A stretch of 64,000 nt of DNA from an uncultured candidate division Zixibacteria bacterium (GCA_963735035.1 CAVTJJ010000004.1:1376001-1440000), one strand, 5' to 3'; numbered from the stretch's first letter, positions 15,809 through 26,084 are shown. Numbers and translations: made by a program. Notes: generated from the sequence alone by a model not told the origin.

Positions 15809-16615
15809 ATGGCGCAGAAAACCGAACAGCAGCGTATGCCCAAAGATCCTATCCTGGTCAAGATTCAGGAACAGGACAAGGCCGAACGTCGGAAAGTCAT
15901 CAGGACCAGGGCTCGGCATTCCCGTATTCGCAAGGAATTCGTCGGCCGCACTCTGGGCGTGTTCGACGGTCAGGGATACACCAGCGTGCATATCACGGAC
16001 GACATGGTCGGCCGTCGTATCGGCAAGGTAGCTCCGAAGCATATGCCCACCGCCCAGTCGCGATACCTGAGCATTCCCGCCCGTAAGATGCGGCGCGTGG
16101 CCGCTCTGGTGAAGGGGCTGCCGGTCGAAAAGGCTCTGAATATATTGAAATTCACGCCCAAAATTGCGGCTCATGAGATGGCCAAGACGCTATCCTCGGC
16201 GGTGTTCAACAAGCTGTCAATCGAGGGCACGGCGCATCTTGATGCGGAACATCTGATCCTGAGTAACATCGTGGTCAACGAAGCTCCGACCGCGAAGCGG
16301 ATTCGGAATCGCTCGATGGGTCGGGTCTATCGCATCCGCAAGCGGTATTGCCATCTCGCCATCTACCTGGATGTTGATGAGCGCAAAGAGGCGGCCACGG
16401 TTGCCGCGGCTGAAGTTAAGGGTGACAAGACCAAGACTCCGGCCAAGAAGACCGCAGGCAAGACCACGGTAAGAAGACCGGCTAAGAAGAAGACTACTAA
16501 GAAGACCGCTGCCAAGAAGAAGACGACCAAGAAAGTCGTCGCGAAGAAGACGGCGGCCAAAAAGTCTGGATCGGCCTCGACCGGTAAGGCCGCCAAGACT
16601 GAGAAGAAGAAATAG
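15809..16615 (+). CDS. rplV: 50S ribosomal protein L22 with an N-terminal S19-like domain and a C-terminal Lys/Ala-rich tail
   Basis: aa 79-190 are L22 (RKMRRVAALVKG, RSMGRVYRIRKR..HL); aa 29-76 align without gaps to S19; aa 191-268 are AKK/TKK repeats; sits between rpsS and rpsC. Confidence 0.93.
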   Translation: MAQKTEQQRMPKDPILVKIQEQDKAERRKVIRTRARHSRIRKEFVGRTLGVFDGQGYTSVHITDDMVGRRIGKVAPKHMPTAQSRYLSIPARKMRRVAALVKGLPVEKALNILKFTPKIAAHEMAKTLSSAVFNKLSIEGTAHLDAEHLILSNIVVNEAPTAKRIRNRSMGRVYRIRKRYCHLAIYLDVDERKEAATVAAAEVKGDKTKTPAKKTAGKTTVRRPAKKKTTKKTAAKKKTTKKVVAKKTAAKKSGSASTGKAAKTEKKK

Positions 16616-16637
16616 CTAAGCGCTGTAGGAGTGAGCA

Positions 16638-17576
16638 TTGGGACATAAGACACACCCAATAGGTTTCCGCGTCGGGATTAACAGGCCCTGGAACAGTCGC
16701 TGGTTCGCTTCCGATCGCAATTTTGCGGACCTCGTCCATGAAGATATCATGGTCAAGCGTTATATCGCCAAGCGGTTGGACAACGCCGGTATTTCCAAGG
16801 TCGTGATTTCTCGGGCACCCAAGAGAGTTACCGTCGATATTCACACCGCTCGTCCGGGTATCGTTATCGGTCGGCGGGGCGCCGAGGTGGACAAGCTGCG
16901 CGAAGAGCTGCAGATGTTGACCAAGAAGGCGATCCTCCTGAATATCGTCGAGGTGCGCAAACCGGAACTGAGCTCTCAATTGGTGGCCGATTCGATCGCC
17001 CGTCAGCTTGAAGGTCGTATGTCGTTCCGTCGCGCCATGAAGAAGGCGCTGGCGGCCACGATGAAGATGGGTGCGCAGGGCATTAAGATTCAGTGTGGTG
17101 GACGTCTGGGCGGCGCCGAAATAGCGCGCACCGAAAAGTATATGGATGGACGCGTACCGCTTCACACTCTGCGGGCCGATATCGACTACGCCACGTCGAC
17201 CGGTCACACCACTTATGGAACGATCGGCGTGAAAGTCTGGATCTGCCTGGGTGACATCATGGGCAAGGGCTTGTACCAGCGCGAAGAAGATGAAAAGAAG
17301 AAGGCTGAAGAACCGGAAACCTCGGCCGCTCAGGCCGCTCGGTCACGTCGGGATCGTCCCGGTGGACCGTCGCGGGGTGACAAGGGTGGACCGCCGCGTG
17401 GGCGGGTGAGACGTCCGGGTGCCGGGCCGAGAGGCGCCGCGCCTCGGGGCCGTCGCCCTGAAGATGAAGCGTCAGGTGGACGGCGTCCGGCTTCGCACGA
17501 GAGAACCCCTGAAGCGGCTGGTGGTCAAACCCAGTCAAAACCGGGCGAAGGCTCGGGCGGTGAATCGAAGGCGTAA
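16638..17576 (+). CDS. rpsC: 30S ribosomal protein S3 with a long disordered C-terminal tail
   Basis: GHKTHPIGFR, RPGIVIG, GRVPLHTLRADIDY. Confidence 0.98.
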   Translation: MGHKTHPIGFRVGINRPWNSRWFASDRNFADLVHEDIMVKRYIAKRLDNAGISKVVISRAPKRVTVDIHTARPGIVIGRRGAEVDKLREELQMLTKKAILLNIVEVRKPELSSQLVADSIARQLEGRMSFRRAMKKALAATMKMGAQGIKIQCGGRLGGAEIARTEKYMDGRVPLHTLRADIDYATSTGHTTYGTIGVKVWICLGDIMGKGLYQREEDEKKKAEEPETSAAQAARSRRDRPGGPSRGDKGGPPRGRVRRPGAGPRGAAPRGRRPEDEASGGRRPASHERTPEAAGGQTQSKPGEGSGGESKA

Positions 17577-17608
17577 GGCGACGGCCAGCCAATTTGGAGA
17601 CTTAAGTC

Positions 17609-18031
17609 ATGTTGATGCCAAAAAGAAGTAAGTATCGCAAAGCGCAGCGTGGACGCAGGACCGGCAAGGCCAAGGGCGGTTTCTCGGTAGATTTCGGCGA
17701 ATTCGGGTTGAAGGCGACCGAGCCGGCCTGGATGACCAATCGCCAGATCGAAGCGGCTCGTGTTGCGGTTACTCGGCATATTAAGCGCGGCGGCAAAATC
17801 TGGATCCGTGTGTTTCCTGACAAGCCGTTCACCAAGAAGCCGGCTGAAACTCGCATGGGTAAAGGCAAAGGAGCCCCGGAATATTGGGTGGCCGTCATTA
17901 AGCCCGGCCGCGTGCTGTTTGAGATAGAAGGTGTGTCGGAAAAAATGGCCCGCGAGGCCATGAAGTTGGCGGCCAATAAGCTGCCGATGAAGACCAGATT
18001 TGTTACCCGTGCTGAAATCGAGGCGATTTAG
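17609..18031 (+). CDS. rplP: 50S ribosomal protein L16
   Basis: [16 protein letters not shown]. Confidence 0.99.
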   Translation: MLMPKRSKYRKAQRGRRTGKAKGGFSVDFGEFGLKATEPAWMTNRQIEAARVAVTRHIKRGGKIWIRVFPDKPFTKKPAETRMGKGKGAPEYWVAVIKPGRVLFEIEGVSEKMAREAMKLAANKLPMKTRFVTRAEIEAI

Positions 18032-18033
18032 TC

Positions 18034-18294
18034 ATGAGAATCGACGAAATGCGGATCTTGACCCGCGAAGAGCTGGAGCAGAAACGGCGCGACCTGGCCG
18101 AAGAGCGCTTCAATCTGAGAATGCGCAAGTCGTTCAAGCAGCTCGATAACCCGCTCCGTCTGCGTGTGCTGCGGCGCGAGATAGCCCGAATCAATACCGT
18201 GATTCGCGAAGATGAAAAAGGCGTGCGCGCTTTGGCCACTGCCAAGAAATCGCTGTTGGAAGAGCTCAACACTTCCGGCAAAGAGAAGAAGTGA
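18034..18294 (+). CDS. rpmC: 50S ribosomal protein L29
   Basis: FNLRM..LDNP..RREIARINT; operon order. Confidence 0.95.
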   Translation: MRIDEMRILTREELEQKRRDLAEERFNLRMRKSFKQLDNPLRLRVLRREIARINTVIREDEKGVRALATAKKSLLEELNTSGKEKK

Positions 18295-18310
18295 GTTCGG
18301 AGAGTCATAA

Positions 18311-18577
18311 ATGACACAGGCAATTGAGAGAAGTAGCCGCAAGGTTAGAACCGGTATCGTCACCTCCAGCGCCATGAACAAGAGTATCGTGGTCCGAATC
18401 GATCGCAAGATCAAGCACCCGCTGTATAGTCGGCCGGTGATGCGTTCGGCCAAGCTCTACGCTCATGACGAAAAGAACGAGGCCAACATCGGCGACACCG
18501 TTCGTATTATGGAAACCCGACCGCTGTCCAAGCTCAAACGCTGGCGTCTGTTGGAAATTGTGGAGCGGGCCAAGTAG
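18311..18577 (+). CDS. rpsQ: 30S ribosomal protein S17
   Basis: [21 protein letters not shown]. Confidence 0.98.
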   Translation: MTQAIERSSRKVRTGIVTSSAMNKSIVVRIDRKIKHPLYSRPVMRSAKLYAHDEKNEANIGDTVRIMETRPLSKLKRWRLLEIVERAK

Positions 18578-18614
18578 CCCCGGTGTCGGTTGGCATTGGA
18601 AAGGGTGTCTCAAG

Positions 18615-18983
18615 ATGATACAGGAATTTACAGTTCTGTCGGTTGCCGACAACTCCGGCGCTAAACGGGCGATGTGTTTCCGCATTCTCGGCGGAAGCAA
18701 TCGGAAGTCCGCCACGATCGGCGACATCATTGTAGTCGCGGTCAAGGAAGCCATTCCGGGCGGCACGGTTAAGAAATCGGAAGTTTGCAAAGCGGTCGTA
18801 GTCAGAACCAAGTCGCCTGTCAAACGCAAGGACGGGTCAGTGATTCGATTCAGCGACAACGCCGCTGTTATTATAAATGAACAACTGGAGCCGCGCGGCA
18901 CCCGTATTTTTGGCCCGGTGGCGCGCGAACTCCGCGATAAGAAATTCATGAAGATTATCTCCCTGGCACCTGAGGTTCTTTAG
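18615..18983 (+). CDS. rplN: 50S ribosomal protein L14
   Basis: [23 protein letters not shown]; start moved to ATG 18615. Confidence 0.98.
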   Translation: MIQEFTVLSVADNSGAKRAMCFRILGGSNRKSATIGDIIVVAVKEAIPGGTVKKSEVCKAVVVRTKSPVKRKDGSVIRFSDNAAVIINEQLEPRGTRIFGPVARELRDKKFMKIISLAPEVL

Positions 18984-19000
18984 GAGACAGGCGGAGCACG

Positions 19001-19321
19001 ATGATCAAAAAAGGTGACACGGTTTTCGTAAGATCGGGCAGCGACAAAGGGCGGAGCGGTCGCGTACTGAGAGTCAACCGCAAGAAGATGACGATCCTGG
19101 TCGAGGGCGTCAACAAGCGGCAGAAACATCAGCGCCCCACCCAGAAGCAGCCCAAGGGCGGTATCATTACCATGGAACGCCCCATTCATTTGAGCAACGT
19201 CGCGCTGATAGTCCAGACCGACAAGGGCCCACGCCCGACCCGGTTTAAGATGAAGACGATCGACGACGGCGGTAGAAAAGTCAAAGTGCGGGTCAGCTGT
19301 CTGACCGGCGAGCAGATTTAA
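19001..19321 (+). CDS. rplX: 50S ribosomal protein L24
   Basis: KKGDTV..GSDKG KOW motif, PIHLSNV. Confidence 0.97.
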   Translation: MIKKGDTVFVRSGSDKGRSGRVLRVNRKKMTILVEGVNKRQKHQRPTQKQPKGGIITMERPIHLSNVALIVQTDKGPRPTRFKMKTIDDGGRKVKVRVSCLTGEQI

Positions 19322-19335
19322 CTAAAGAGATTCCC

Positions 19336-19875
19336 ATGGCAAGACTGAGAGACAAATATCTCACTGAGATCAGACCGAAGCTGATGAAAGACAATCAGTA
19401 CCGGTCGGTAATGGAAGTGCCCCGGGTAGTCAAGGTCACGATCAATATGGGTGTCGGCGAGGCTACCCAGAACGCCAAATCGCTTGAGGCGGCGGTGGAA
19501 GACCTGACCAAGATTGCGGGCCAGAAGCCTATGATCACGCGAGCCCGCATGAGCATTTCCAACTTCAAACTGCGCCAGGGAAACGCGATCGGCTGTGCGG
19601 TTACCCTGCGTCGTGACCGCATGTACGAGTTCCTGGACCGCCTCGTCAACATCGCCATGCCCCGCATTCGGGACTTCCGCGGTGTGAGCCCCAAGTCCTT
19701 TGACGGTCGTGGCAATTACAATCTCGGTCTGCGGGAGCAACTGCTTTTCCCCGAGATCGATTATGACAAGATAGATAAGGTCCGTGGGATGACCGTTTCG
19801 ATCACCACCACCGCCCGAAATGATGACGAAGCTCGGCAGTTGCTGACCGAGATGGGTATGCCTTTCCGCAAGTAG
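19336..19875 (+). CDS. rplE: 50S ribosomal protein L5
   Basis: [18 protein letters not shown]. Confidence 0.99.
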   Translation: MARLRDKYLTEIRPKLMKDNQYRSVMEVPRVVKVTINMGVGEATQNAKSLEAAVEDLTKIAGQKPMITRARMSISNFKLRQGNAIGCAVTLRRDRMYEFLDRLVNIAMPRIRDFRGVSPKSFDGRGNYNLGLREQLLFPEIDYDKIDKVRGMTVSITTTARNDDEARQLLTEMGMPFRK

Positions 19876-19882
19876 GAGTGCA

Positions 19883-20068
19883 ATGGCTAAGAAGTGTCTG
19901 ATAGAAAAGCAGAAGAGACAGCCGAAATTTCAGGTTCGGACCTATAACCGCTGTCGTCGTTGCGGCCGACCGCACGCCTATATGCGGCGTTTCGGTCTCT
20001 GCCGTATCTGTTTTCGCCAGTTGGCCCTCGCCGGTGATCTGCCGGGAGTGACCAAGGCGAGTTGGTAG
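19883..20068 (+). CDS. rpsN: 30S ribosomal protein S14, Zn-binding short form
   Basis: [15 protein letters not shown], 61 aa. Confidence 0.98.
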   Translation: MAKKCLIEKQKRQPKFQVRTYNRCRRCGRPHAYMRRFGLCRICFRQLALAGDLPGVTKASW

Positions 20069-20104
20069 TGGAATCGAAATGACGGACTTTTGGAGATCTG
20101 ATAT

Positions 20105-20506
20105 ATGTGTATGACAGACCCGGTAGCGGATTTATTGACGAGGATCAGGAACGGATCCAAAGCTCGTAAGCCGGCCGTCGATGTGCCGAATTCGAAGCTG
20201 AAACGGGAAATCGTCAAGATTCTCAAAGAGCATAACTTCATCCGTGATACTATTGAGCTCCCGGATAAGAAGCAGGGCATTCTGCGGGTATACCTCCGCT
20301 ACGCCAAGGGCGACAAACCGGTCATCCTGGGATTGCAGCGGATATCCAAGCCGGGGCTCCGGCGGTATATCGACGCCGACAAAGTGAGTCGCTCGATCCA
20401 CAACACGCGGGGCATCTCCGTTCTGTCCACGTCGTCGGGCGTTATGAGCAACCTTGAAGCCGCACAGAAGAAAATCGGCGGCGAAATTATCCTCAGGTGC
20501 TGGTAG
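20105..20506 (+). CDS. rpsH: 30S ribosomal protein S8
   Basis: TDPVADLLTRIRN, RISKPGLR, GGE. Confidence 0.98.
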   Translation: MCMTDPVADLLTRIRNGSKARKPAVDVPNSKLKREIVKILKEHNFIRDTIELPDKKQGILRVYLRYAKGDKPVILGLQRISKPGLRRYIDADKVSRSIHNTRGISVLSTSSGVMSNLEAAQKKIGGEIILRCW

Positions 20507-20522
20507 GCATAGGAAGGGCGAC

Positions 20523-21116
20523 ATGTCGCGCATAGGCAAAGCACCGGTAGTGGTACCGGACAAAATCAAGGTCGAAATAATCGACTCCCAGATTAATGTC
20601 AGCGGCCCGAAAGGGACGACGACGTGGGCTTTTCCCGCCGGCGTCTCCGTCAAGCTGGAAGGACATGAAGTGCTGGTGAGCCGGGACAGCGACCTCAAGA
20701 AGCATCGGGCCCTCCACGGCCTCACCCGGGCGTTGATCGCCAACATGGTCGAAGGCGTTTCGGTCGGCTTCAAGCGGCAGTTGAAAATCATCGGTGTCGG
20801 CTACCGCGCCGAGCTGAAGGGATCAAACCTGATTTTCTACCTGGGCTTCTCGCATCCGATCGTGTTCCGGCCGCCGGTCGGGATCAAGCTGGAGTACGAG
20901 CCGAAGGAAAACCTGGTCACGGTTACCGGCGTGGACAAGGATGTGGTCGGGGCCACGGCGGCCAAGATACGTTCGCTGAAGAAGCCGGAGCCGTACAAAG
21001 GCAAGGGCATACGCTATATAGATGAGCACGTTCAGATCAAGGCGGGCAAGACCGCCGGTATAATGTTCGGATGGTGTGAAATAAGATGGCTGATAAGAAC
21101 AAATTCAAAACGATGA
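20523..21116 (+). CDS. rplF: 50S ribosomal protein L6 (3' end uncertain; may end at TAA 21061-21063)
   Basis: MSRIGK start at 20523, [11 protein letters not shown]; reads about 18 aa past the usual KAGKTAG end. Confidence 0.95.
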   Translation: MSRIGKAPVVVPDKIKVEIIDSQINVSGPKGTTTWAFPAGVSVKLEGHEVLVSRDSDLKKHRALHGLTRALIANMVEGVSVGFKRQLKIIGVGYRAELKGSNLIFYLGFSHPIVFRPPVGIKLEYEPKENLVTVTGVDKDVVGATAAKIRSLKKPEPYKGKGIRYIDEHVQIKAGKTAGIMFGWCEIRWLIRTNSKR

Positions 21117-21460
21117 CGGCCGAGCGGCGACGTCGGCGGGTCCGCAGCAAAGTGAAGGGTACATCCGAATGTCCCCGTCTCACGGTGCGTAAGAGCCTCA
21201 AGAACGTCACGGTTCAGATCGTCGATGATGTAAAACGTATCACGCTGGTCGGAATTGCGTCCAATTCGAAAGCCATGCGTGACGTGCTGGCCAAGGCCGA
21301 CAACAAAACCGTTGTCGCCAAGAAGACCGGCGCCAAAATCGCCGAGCTGGCCAAACAAAAGGGTATCGTGGCGGTCGTCTTCGACCGTAATCGCTACCAG
21401 TATCACGGCCGCGTGAAAGCAATTGCCGAAGGCGCGCGCGAAGGCGGCCTGAAGTTTTAG
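21086..21460 (+). CDS. rplR: 50S ribosomal protein L18
   Basis: [25 protein letters not shown]. Confidence 0.98.
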   Translation: MADKNKFKTMTAERRRRRVRSKVKGTSECPRLTVRKSLKNVTVQIVDDVKRITLVGIASNSKAMRDVLAKADNKTVVAKKTGAKIAELAKQKGIVAVVFDRNRYQYHGRVKAIAEGAREGGLKF

Positions 21461-21493
21461 AGAGATGGTTTCCGTTTATAGATGAGGTAGGCG

Positions 21494-21976
21494 TTGGCTA
21501 AGTACGAACTGGAAAACTTCGAATTCGAAGAAAAAGTAATCGCCGTCAACCGCGTCGCCAAAGTGGTGAAAGGCGGCCGGCGGTTCAGTTTCACGGCGCT
21601 GGTAGCGGTCGGCGATAAGAAGGGCAAAGTCGGGATCGGTCTCGGCAAAGGCCGTGAAGTCGCTGATTGCATCCGCAAGGGTTCCGATGCCGCCCGTAAG
21701 GCAATGGTCTCCGTCAATATCGTTGGCGGTACCATTCCGCATTACATCGACGGCAAGTTCGGCGCCACCACCGTCATGATGCGCCCGGCTTCGCCCGGTA
21801 CCGGCGTAATCGCCGGAGGTGCCGTGCGCGTGGTGCTCGAAACGCTCGGTGTCCAGGATATCCTGACCAAGGTTCTCGGCAGCCGCAACGTCAACAACGT
21901 TGTCAAGGCCACCATGGACGGTCTCCTGGCGCTTCGCACGCTTGAGCAGGAAACCAGTTTTCGCGAGAAAGCCTGA
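21494..21976 (+). CDS. rpsE: 30S ribosomal protein S5
   Basis: [27 protein letters not shown]. Confidence 0.99.
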   Translation: MAKYELENFEFEEKVIAVNRVAKVVKGGRRFSFTALVAVGDKKGKVGIGLGKGREVADCIRKGSDAARKAMVSVNIVGGTIPHYIDGKFGATTVMMRPASPGTGVIAGGAVRVVLETLGVQDILTKVLGSRNVNNVVKATMDGLLALRTLEQETSFREKA

Positions 21977-21987
21977 GGTTAAGCGTC

Positions 21988-22170
21988 ATGGGAAAACTGA
22001 AAGTTACTCAGGTGAAGAGCACCATCGAGCGCAAGGAACCGCAGAAGCGGACCATTGAAGCGCTCGGTCTGGGCAAACTTCACAAGACCGTCATTCACAA
22101 TGATACCCCGCAGATTCGGGGCATGATAAGAGCAGTCTGCCACCTCGTTGAGGTGGAAGAAATAGATTAG
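21988..22170 (+). CDS. rpmD: 50S ribosomal protein L30
   Basis: [20 protein letters not shown]. Confidence 0.97.
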   Translation: MGKLKVTQVKSTIERKEPQKRTIEALGLGKLHKTVIHNDTPQIRGMIRAVCHLVEVEEID

Positions 22171-22190
22171 GATTAGGAATAGGGGCTCCG

Positions 22191-22628
22191 ATGGACCTGC
22201 ACAATCTTAAGCCTGCAAAAGGCTCGACCAAAACGCGTAAACGTGTCGGCCGTGGTACCGGCAGTGGCCTGGACGGCACCGCCGGCCGGGGTAACAAAGG
22301 ACAGATGGCCCGCTCCGGAGCGAAGAAACGCTCCAATTTCGAGGGTGGTCAGACCCCCATTCATCGGCGCCTGCCCAAGTTCGGCTTCAAGAACATCTTC
22401 AAGAAGGAATGGCAGATCGTCAATATCGGCGATTTGTCGCGATGTGAAGGAACCGAAATCACTCCGGAAACGCTCAAGGCGGCCGGTCTGATCAAGGGGA
22501 CCGCCATACCGGTCAAGATCCTGGGCGTCGGCAAGGTCGAGAAAGCTTATTCGGTCAAGGCAGCGGCCTTCTCAAAGCCGGCGCGTGCCCGGCTTGAAGA
22601 GGCCGGAGGAAAAGCTGAGGTGCTCTAG
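22191..22628 (+). CDS. rplO: 50S ribosomal protein L15
   Basis: RVGRGTGSG, FEGGQTPIHRRLPKFGF. Confidence 0.98.
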   Translation: MDLHNLKPAKGSTKTRKRVGRGTGSGLDGTAGRGNKGQMARSGAKKRSNFEGGQTPIHRRLPKFGFKNIFKKEWQIVNIGDLSRCEGTEITPETLKAAGLIKGTAIPVKILGVGKVEKAYSVKAAAFSKPARARLEEAGGKAEVL

Positions 22629-23935
22629 TGTTTGGAACTTTTGCCTCAATCTTCCGCATCACAGAACTAAGAAATAAGATCCTGATAACCCTGGGTCTGC
22701 TGGTCGTATATCGTATCGGCGGACACATCCCGTCGCCCGGTGTCGACGGCTCGGTTATCAGCGCCGCTCTTTCGTCCGATTCGATTTTCGGACTCCTGGA
22801 TTTGTTTGCCGGAGGCGCGTTCGCCAAGGCGACGATCTTCGCACTCGGCATCATGCCGTACATTTCGGCGTCGATTATGCTGCAGCTCCTGGGTGCGGTT
22901 TGGCCGTATCTCCAGCGGTTACAGCGCGAGGGAGAAGAAGGGCGCCGTAAGATCCAGCAGTACACCCGCTATCTGACAGTGATCATCTCTGCTATGCAGG
23001 CGTGGGCCACCGCCGTATTTCTGACCACGATCAATTACAACGGTATGCAGGCGGTCCACATGAACCACTTCTGGTTCATCTGGCTCACCGTGCTGACGTT
23101 CACCTGCGGTACAATATTCATCATGTGGCTCGGCGAGAAGATCACCGAGAACGGCATCGGCAACGGCATATCGCTCATTATCTTCATAGGCATCATCGCC
23201 CGCCTGCCGGAGGCCATCATAATCGAAGGTCAGATGGTCTGGGTGGGAACCCGCCCGATCTGGCTGGAACTTGTCGTGGTGGTTGCGATGCTGGCCGTTG
23301 TCGCCGCGGTTGTCCTGATGACCCGCGCCCAGCGCCGCATCCCGGTGCAGTATCCGCGCAAGGTGATCGGCCGCAAGGTTTACGGTGGCGCTGCCACTCA
23401 CCTGCCGCTGTCGGTCAACTCCGCCGGCGTCATCCCGATCATTTTCGCCCAGTCGATCATGTTCCTCCCGTCGACCGTAGCGCAGCTTTTCCCCAGTGTC
23501 GAATGGCTGCAGAACCTGGTGGCGCTCAGCCTCCGACCGGGTGGACTTCTGTACAGTCTGATCTACGCGACCATTATCATATTCTTCGCGTTCTTCTATA
23601 CCGCCATCGTATTCAATCCGATGGACATCGCAGACAACATGCGCAAGAATGGCGGCTATATTCCCGGTATTCGTCCGGGTAAGAACACCGCTGACTATAT
23701 TGAAAAAGTTCTGACCAGAATCACGCTTCCCGGTGCGGTTTTCTTCGCGGCCATCGCAATTCTGCCCTGGGTGCTGATCTCGCAGTTTAACGTCAACTAC
23801 TTCTTCGGCGGTACCGGACTGCTGATCGTAGTAGGTGTGGCGCTGGATACGCTGCAGCAAATCGAATCCCACCTGATCATGAGGCACTACGAAGGCTTTA
23901 TGAAAAAGGGTCGTATTCGCGGGAGATCGATGTAA
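22628..23935 (+). CDS. secY: Preprotein translocase subunit SecY
   Basis: ALGIMPYISASI, GIGNGISLIIF, IPGIRPG; multiple TM segments. Confidence 0.99.
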   Translation: MFGTFASIFRITELRNKILITLGLLVVYRIGGHIPSPGVDGSVISAALSSDSIFGLLDLFAGGAFAKATIFALGIMPYISASIMLQLLGAVWPYLQRLQREGEEGRRKIQQYTRYLTVIISAMQAWATAVFLTTINYNGMQAVHMNHFWFIWLTVLTFTCGTIFIMWLGEKITENGIGNGISLIIFIGIIARLPEAIIIEGQMVWVGTRPIWLELVVVVAMLAVVAAVVLMTRAQRRIPVQYPRKVIGRKVYGGAATHLPLSVNSAGVIPIIFAQSIMFLPSTVAQLFPSVEWLQNLVALSLRPGGLLYSLIYATIIIFFAFFYTAIVFNPMDIADNMRKNGGYIPGIRPGKNTADYIEKVLTRITLPGAVFFAAIAILPWVLISQFNVNYFFGGTGLLIVVGVALDTLQQIESHLIMRHYEGFMKKGRIRGRSM

Positions 23936-23937
23936 GC

Positions 23938-24498
23938 ATGAATCTGGTCTTTCTGGGCCCCCCAGGTTCGGGCAAAGGTACTCAGGCGATTCGTCTGGCG
24001 CAGGCCAAAGGACTGGTACACCTCTCTACGGGTGATGTCCTCAGAGCCGCTGTCAAGGCGAGCACGCCGCTCGGCCAGAAGGCCGAAGGATACATGACCC
24101 GAGGGGAACTGGTTCCGGACGACTTGATTATTGGATTGATTGAAGAGAAAGTAGCCTCAGGCGCACTAAACGGCGGGTTCATTCTTGATGGTTTCCCGCG
24201 CACAGTGCCTCAGGCGACCAGCCTGGACGAGATGTTCCGTAAGAATCGGATCAAGCTCGACAAGGCGATTTTACTTAACGTCGACGATTCCGAGATTCTC
24301 AAGCGGCTAAAAGGTCGGGCTGAGAAGGAGGGTCGGGCCGACGATACCGAGGCGGTCATATTGAACCGGCTCGAAGTTTATCGGCGTCAAACCCGGCCGA
24401 TCGAAGACCTTTATCGCAAACAGTCGATTCTGGTCAGCGTCTCGGGCGAAGGCTCCGAAGAGAATGTCTTTGCATCGTTACTAAAGGTGCTCAAATAG
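23938..24498 (+). CDS. adk: Adenylate kinase (short LID type)
   Basis: GPPGSGKGTQA, LDGFPRT, GRADD. Confidence 0.98.
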   Translation: MNLVFLGPPGSGKGTQAIRLAQAKGLVHLSTGDVLRAAVKASTPLGQKAEGYMTRGELVPDDLIIGLIEEKVASGALNGGFILDGFPRTVPQATSLDEMFRKNRIKLDKAILLNVDDSEILKRLKGRAEKEGRADDTEAVILNRLEVYRRQTRPIEDLYRKQSILVSVSGEGSEENVFASLLKVLK

Positions 24499-24503
24499 AG
24501 CAA

Positions 24504-25259
24504 TTGATTGAAGTGATACACTTGAAGTCGAAAGAAGAGATCGAAATCATGCGCCGCGCCGGAGCGGTGGTAGCCGGGGCGCTCGACATGGTCGGGCGTG
24601 AGATAAAACCCGGTCAGACCACCAGCCAACTGGACGCGCTGGTCGAAGATTTCATTCGCTCCCAGGGAGCCATACCGGCTTTCAAGGGGTATCAGGGTTT
24701 CCCGGCTGCGGCCTGTATCTCGATTGACGATGAAGTCGTGCACGGGATTCCGGGGCGGCGCGAGATTAAAGACGGCGATATGGTTTCGGTCGATGTCGGT
24801 AGCCTGGTTGAAGGGTTCTATGGTGACTCCGCCCGGTCTTTCGGGGTAGGCGAGATTTCTGCGGAAAAGCAGCGTTTACTGGACACAACCCTGAAATCGC
24901 TGATGAGCGCTATTGACAAAGCCCGGAAAGGCAATAGATTAGGCCAGATATCGGCTACGGTACAACAAGTGGCTGAAGAACAAGGCTACGGCGTGGTGCG
25001 ACGTCTGGTCGGTCACGGCATCGGTCGTGATTTGTGGGAGGAACCTCAGGTACCCAATTTTGGTTCTCCCACCGACGGCCCCATTCTTAAGACCGGGATG
25101 GTTGTGGCCATCGAGCCTATGGTGAATATGGGTACCTATGAAGTGCGTACGCTTCCTGACGGCTGGACCGTCGTAACGGCCGACGGACAACCGTCGGCTC
25201 ATTTCGAACACACCGTGGCCATTATGGACGATGGGCCGGACATTTTGTCGTTAGCCTGA
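24504..25259 (+). CDS. map: Type I methionine aminopeptidase
   Basis: VVHGIP, GHGIG, AIEPMVN, SAHFEHT; exact start uncertain. Confidence 0.97.
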   Translation: MIEVIHLKSKEEIEIMRRAGAVVAGALDMVGREIKPGQTTSQLDALVEDFIRSQGAIPAFKGYQGFPAAACISIDDEVVHGIPGRREIKDGDMVSVDVGSLVEGFYGDSARSFGVGEISAEKQRLLDTTLKSLMSAIDKARKGNRLGQISATVQQVAEEQGYGVVRRLVGHGIGRDLWEEPQVPNFGSPTDGPILKTGMVVAIEPMVNMGTYEVRTLPDGWTVVTADGQPSAHFEHTVAIMDDGPDILSLA

Positions 25260-25267
25260 AGGAGCTT

Positions 25268-25486
25268 ATGGCCAAGGAAGAAACTATTACGGTCGAAGGT
25301 GAAGTAGTCGAACCGCTGCCAAATGCAATGTTTCGTGTGAAGTTGGATAATGGTCATATAGTGTTGGCTCATATTTCGGGCAAGATGAGGATGCATTTTA
25401 TTAAGATTCTGCCGGGTGACAAGGTGACTTTGGAACTTTCTCCGTATGATCTCTCCAGAGGCCGCATCACATACAGGTATAAGTAG
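25268..25486 (+). CDS. infA: Translation initiation factor IF-1
   Basis: [21 protein letters not shown]. Confidence 0.99.
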   Translation: MAKEETITVEGEVVEPLPNAMFRVKLDNGHIVLAHISGKMRMHFIKILPGDKVTLELSPYDLSRGRITYRYK

Positions 25487-25516
25487 CCGGACGGAATTAG
25501 GGCGAAAGAGGCTGCC

Positions 25517-25633
25517 ATGAAAGTACGGTCGTCAATTAAGAAGCGTTGTGAACACTGCAAGATCATCCGTCGACGTGGTGTGCTTCGCGTAATTTGTAAG
25601 AAGAACCCCAGCCACAAACAGCGGCAGGGTTAG
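25517..25633 (+). CDS. rpmJ: 50S ribosomal protein L36 (missing from the ORF track)
   Basis: Manual translation [38 protein letters not shown]. Confidence 0.98.
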   Translation: MKVRSSIKKRCEHCKIIRRRGVLRVICKKNPSHKQRQG

Positions 25634-25675
25634 GGTTGATGAAGCGGTCGGAAACGACTGATGGAGGAATGAGTT

Positions 25676-26062
25676 TTGGCTCGTATCGCCGGAGTTGATC
25701 TCCCCAAAGACAAGCGGATTGAGGTCGGTCTGCAGTACATTTACGGCGTCGGCCCGTTCATAGCGCGCCGGATTCTATCCAAGACCGGTGTAAGTCCCGA
25801 TCTTCGGGTGAACCAGTTGTCGGATGCGGACGTCGCCAAACTGCGCGCCGCGATTGAAACCGACTTCACGGTCGAAGGCGCCCTGCGGTCGGAAATCTCG
25901 ATGAATATCAAGCGCCTGATCGATATCGGCTCGTATCGCGGCCTGCGTCATCGTCGCGGCCTGCCCGTTCGCGGACAGCGCACCAAGACCAATGCCCGCA
26001 CGCGTAAAGGTCCGAGACGCTCGGTAGGCGGCCTGAAGAAGAAGGCGCCGGCGGCCAAGTAA
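25676..26062 (+). CDS. rpsM: 30S ribosomal protein S13
   Basis: [23 protein letters not shown]. Confidence 0.99.
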   Translation: MARIAGVDLPKDKRIEVGLQYIYGVGPFIARRILSKTGVSPDLRVNQLSDADVAKLRAAIETDFTVEGALRSEISMNIKRLIDIGSYRGLRHRRGLPVRGQRTKTNARTRKGPRRSVGGLKKKAPAAK

Positions 26063-26084
26063 CCGGTGAAACTGAGGTTTTAAG

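Noticed and set aside
15809..16042. S19-like segment as an assembly duplication of rpsS
   Set aside because: Only about 40% amino-acid identity with many conservative changes; an artefact would be near-identical
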